Source: Octopus bimaculoides
Taxonomy: Eukaryota
Length of the DNA: 47,777 bases
Assembly (NCBI RefSeq): GCF_001194135.2
Contig: NC_068993.1
Coordinates: 5,549,052-5,596,828, forward strand
Direction of reading: 5' to 3'
The notes beneath the pieces were generated by a model. The model was given only the letters and a program-made list of their open reading frames with translations. It made no database searches and was not told the DNA's origin. Both the position numbers and the translations under genes were made by a program. Every line of letters starts with the position of its first letter. Position 1 is the first letter of the stretch. Shown piece after piece: positions 44,688 through 47,777 of this stretch.

Positions 44688-45257
44688 CATTTTTCTCTTA
44701 TCGTTATTTCAGACATTAATGCTCTTCACACACACACACACAATGACATATCACGTAATATAACTTTTATTTTATGACAAAATGACATTTTTACTGCATG
44801 TGTAGGAACCTCGCTTAGCCCTGCCTGAGATTTGAAACCAAATCCACCCGCATGTTGCTTGTCAAAACGAGTGGGATATCCTCTCCACGCCAGATGATTG
44901 ATGAGGAATCCCCAAGGACCTGTGCTGGTCAAGAAAAGGTCAGTCCTTTGTTTAGGGTTTGACCTACATTACTGATCATATAAAACAGAGAGCATTTCCT
45001 ATCTCTTCCTCTTTTATGTCAGCCATGCCCAAGAGCAGCACTTTCCCTCACCATTCGCTCGACATACAAAGCGAAGCTTTCGGCCGCAAGAAAGACGATG
45101 CCACCTTTATCCTTTCTAGTCAGTACCGTGCATTCCTTACTCTTTCAATCTCCCACCCTTTAACCCATCGGAACCGTGAAGGTATGACGGAGGGAGAGAA
45201 AGCTGCACCAACAGTCGGCTGGTACTAATTTTCAGCTGAGTTGACTGGAGCAATGTG

Positions 45258-45470
45258 GGAGGCGCGTGGCTCAGCGGTTAGGGTATTGCACTCAAGATCG
45301 TAAGATTGTGATTTCGATTCCGGGATGCGTTGTGTTTTCGAGCAGAACATTTCATTTCACGTAACCCCAGTCCACTCAGCTGGCAAAAACGAGTAATCCT
45401 GTGATGGATCGGTGTTCCATCCATGGAAATATAAATACACCGCAAAATACTGGAAGTCGGCCTTACGAGC
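45258..45470 (+). mobile_element. tRNA-derived SINE
   Basis: ggaggcgcgtggctcagcggttagg...tttcgattcc. Confidence 0.7.
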
Positions 45471-45636
45471 TTTGAAGGACTTTTGATTCTTGAATTTGAA
45501 ATGAAATGCCTTCATGCTCAAAAATACATTGTGAATTGGGCCCACGGCCTTGTGATCATGAACTCAACACCTTAACCATTAAGCTATGTGACATCACATT
45601 GTCTTAAAAAGAAAAGTGAAAAGCACACGTGCTATA

Positions 45637-45853
45637 CGAGGAGGTGATGAAAAATCCTTGGATTTAAGAGCGTCACGAAAAGCCAGGCTGGAGTTCCAAC
45701 CTGCCAAGGTCTTTTACAGGGCTTAGAAAAACTGAAGGACCGCTGCAATGAGTGTGTGAATCTGAGAGGGGAATGTGTTGAATAAAATTATAATTAACTG
45801 ATCCTCCTGTATTTTCTTTTACCCAAAGCCAGGAACGTTTCAGCATGTCCTCG
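45637..45853 (+). mobile_element. Internally deleted mariner element
   Basis: TA-cgaggaggtgatgaaaaatccttggattt ... aaagccaggaacgtttcagcatgtcctcg-TA; retains transposase C-terminus QGLEKLKDRCNECVNLRGECVE* (45711-45785). Confidence 0.8.
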
Positions 45854-46449
45854 TATCTATGTGTACTTTTCTCTTCTTTCTAAGACATTGTATGTATGTA
45901 TTTAGACTATGTACTTAGCCGCTAGAAATAGCAGCTAAATTTCTGTAAAATTATACTCGACTATCTTGAAAAATAGGAAGACACATTAGATAATGTGGTC
46001 GATTGTCTGGAAGGAAAAAAAACCGGAAGGTCATAATGAAAAGGGTCGACCTGTCGCTAATTAATAACAATATTCTCAAAACGTTTGTATTTAACAACAA
46101 CAGTTTCCTAGATTATCAGGTGAGAAAGGTAAGCGAGGTTTTCAAGGTGCATATAAAGAACAACCCGTGAGGCTATTCGAACTCACAACTCCAGGGTCGA
46201 AAGATTTTGTCACCTTTAATCTTAATATACCAGGCAAAACTAACTGATAATACGAGCACCTGTTATAAGCGATTGTCCGTCGTCTGCGGATCATTCACCT
46301 GGTTAAGGTCGCTTACAACGTTAGTCAATAGAAACTTGGCGAAATTTTTTTTTTCCAGCACAATTAACTTAGAAATGTTTTTCGTAGGAGCAAAAATAAA
46401 TTTCAAAAATAGAAAATGAAAACAAACAAACGAATAAAGCAAAAACAAA

Positions 46450-46660
46450 AATCATCATTACCATCGTCGTCGTCGTCATCTTCATTATCAGCATCATCAT
46501 CGTCATCGTCGTCATCATAATCATCATCGTCGTCGTCATCATCATCGTCACCGTGGCTGTCGTCGTCGTCATCATCATCATCATTATCATTATCATTGTC
46601 GACGTCGTCGTCATCGTCAGCATCAGCAGCAGTAGGAGGCAGCAACAACAACAACGACCA
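46450..46660. repeat. (TCA/TCG)n trinucleotide microsatellite
   Basis: Direct inspection. Confidence 0.95.
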
Positions 46661-47104
46661 CCACCTTGGCAAGAATTTTAGCATAGAAATATTTTTAGTA
46701 ACTGCAGATTGTATGAGTGTGTATGTGTGTGTGTGTGTGTGTGTGAGCGTGTGAGCGTGTGAGCGTGTGCGCGCACTCGTTATCACCATTACCATCATCA
46801 TCATCATTTTCACGGTCAATATATATTTTTTTTAAATCCAGAATCTATTTTGGATAATTTAAGTTTACTTTTCCGTTAAAAAAAGTAAAAAATTCCTTGG
46901 ATAAATTACATTAATTATTGATTTCATACAATGAAACTGATCTAAAATTATTTCGGTGGAATTTTTAGACTTTAATCGGAACAGAAATAGCAAAAGATTC
47001 AATAATACGGAAATGAACTCAATAAAGAAACACTAATAATAATCTCCCCACATCACAAATTAATATTTCTCACTGTTTTCTTATTTCTCTATTTCAATCT
47101 GTTT

Positions 47105-47121
47105 TTCTGTCAGTCTGTCTG

Positions 47122-47176
<55 letters not shown>

Positions 47177-47200
47177 GTCTGTCTGTCTGTTTGTCTGTCT
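47105..47200. repeat. (ATCT)n/(GTCT)n tetranucleotide microsatellite
   Basis: Direct inspection. Confidence 0.95.
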
Positions 47201-47309
47201 CTCAGTTTCTCTTTCTGCTTCCCCGAAGCAAAAACAAGAAAAAAACAACAACGCGAGGACGTGGTACATGTAAAGTATTAACAGACGCTCAGGGAAGGAA
47301 AGAAAAGTG

Positions 47310-47344
47310 GTTTAACGTTTCGAGCAAAGTTCTTCGTCAGAAAC
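47310..47344 (-). ncRNA. Minimal type I hammerhead-like motif with intact core
   Basis: GTTT CTGACGA A GAAC ttt GCTC GAAAC GTT AAAC on the minus strand. Confidence 0.5.
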
Positions 47345-47374
47345 AGGAGACGAGGACACACATGCATATATAGA

Positions 47375-47560
47375 GATGTGTGTGTCTTTGATAATCGGTG
47401 TCGGTTTGTTCATGTCCCCGTAACTCAGCGGTTCGGCAAACCTGACTCATAGACTCATAGAATAAGCACCAGAATTTCAAATAAAAGGACCGGTGTCGAT
47501 TTGTTCGACGAAACTCTTCAAGGCAGTGCCCCAGCATGGCCGCATTCCAATCATCGAAAC
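47375..47560 (+). mobile_element. SINE fragment
   Basis: taactcagcggttcggcaaa...gaataagcaccag...ttcaaggcagtgccccagcatggcc. Confidence 0.7.
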
Positions 47561-47746
47561 AACTAAATGGTGAATGACAGCTGTTTCTATTAAGCCTCTT
47601 CTTCTAACCTATCTATTTTTTCCCCTGTTGTCTTCTGTTTCCATTTCTTCCTATCTTTCTCTTTGCCTTCTCTCCCTTGCTTTCTCTTTCGTCTCTCTTC
47701 TCTAATTAACTCCTCTTGTCGTTCAATTTCGATTTCTTTCTTGGTC

Positions 47747-47777
<31 letters not shown>

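Noticed and set aside
46369-46819. Poly-Asp / poly-Met-Thr ORFs
   Set aside because: Translation of a (TCA/TCG)n microsatellite; no splice or homology support.

Overview
AT-rich, repeat-dense eukaryotic genomic window. The tRNA-derived SINE families and (TA)n/(CA)n/(ATC)n microsatellites point to an octopus (coleoid cephalopod); this assignment is inferred. Four spliced protein-coding genes were reconstructed by hand with GT-AG boundaries and consistent exon phases: a DLGAP5/HURP-like gene (+, 18 coding exons, 4438-20918), NDUFC2 (-, 3 exons, 26744-21302), POLR1E/RPA49 (+, 12 exons, 27538-38953) and ANKRD46 (-, 2 exons, 44034-41416). Introns and spacers hold SINEs, MITEs (Tc1/mariner-, piggyBac-, hAT- and Merlin-like) and decayed CRE, CR1, Merlin and mariner coding relics. 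Most notable: (i) four copies of a minimal hammerhead-ribozyme-like motif with covarying stem II in a short Penelope-like repeat, one with an intact catalytic core; (ii) two foldback elements built around inverted telomeric TTAGGG/CCCTAA arrays; (iii) a coding 27-bp VNTR (QVAPTDADT)n in DLGAP5 running into an assembly gap; (iv) predicted overlapping 3' ends of DLGAP5 and NDUFC2; (v) inverted SINEs bracketing an in-frame 708-nt DLGAP5 exon block. Family assignments come from remembered motifs, not database searches. Assembly gaps: 942-1328, 3985-3994, 12248-12609, 25839-25848.
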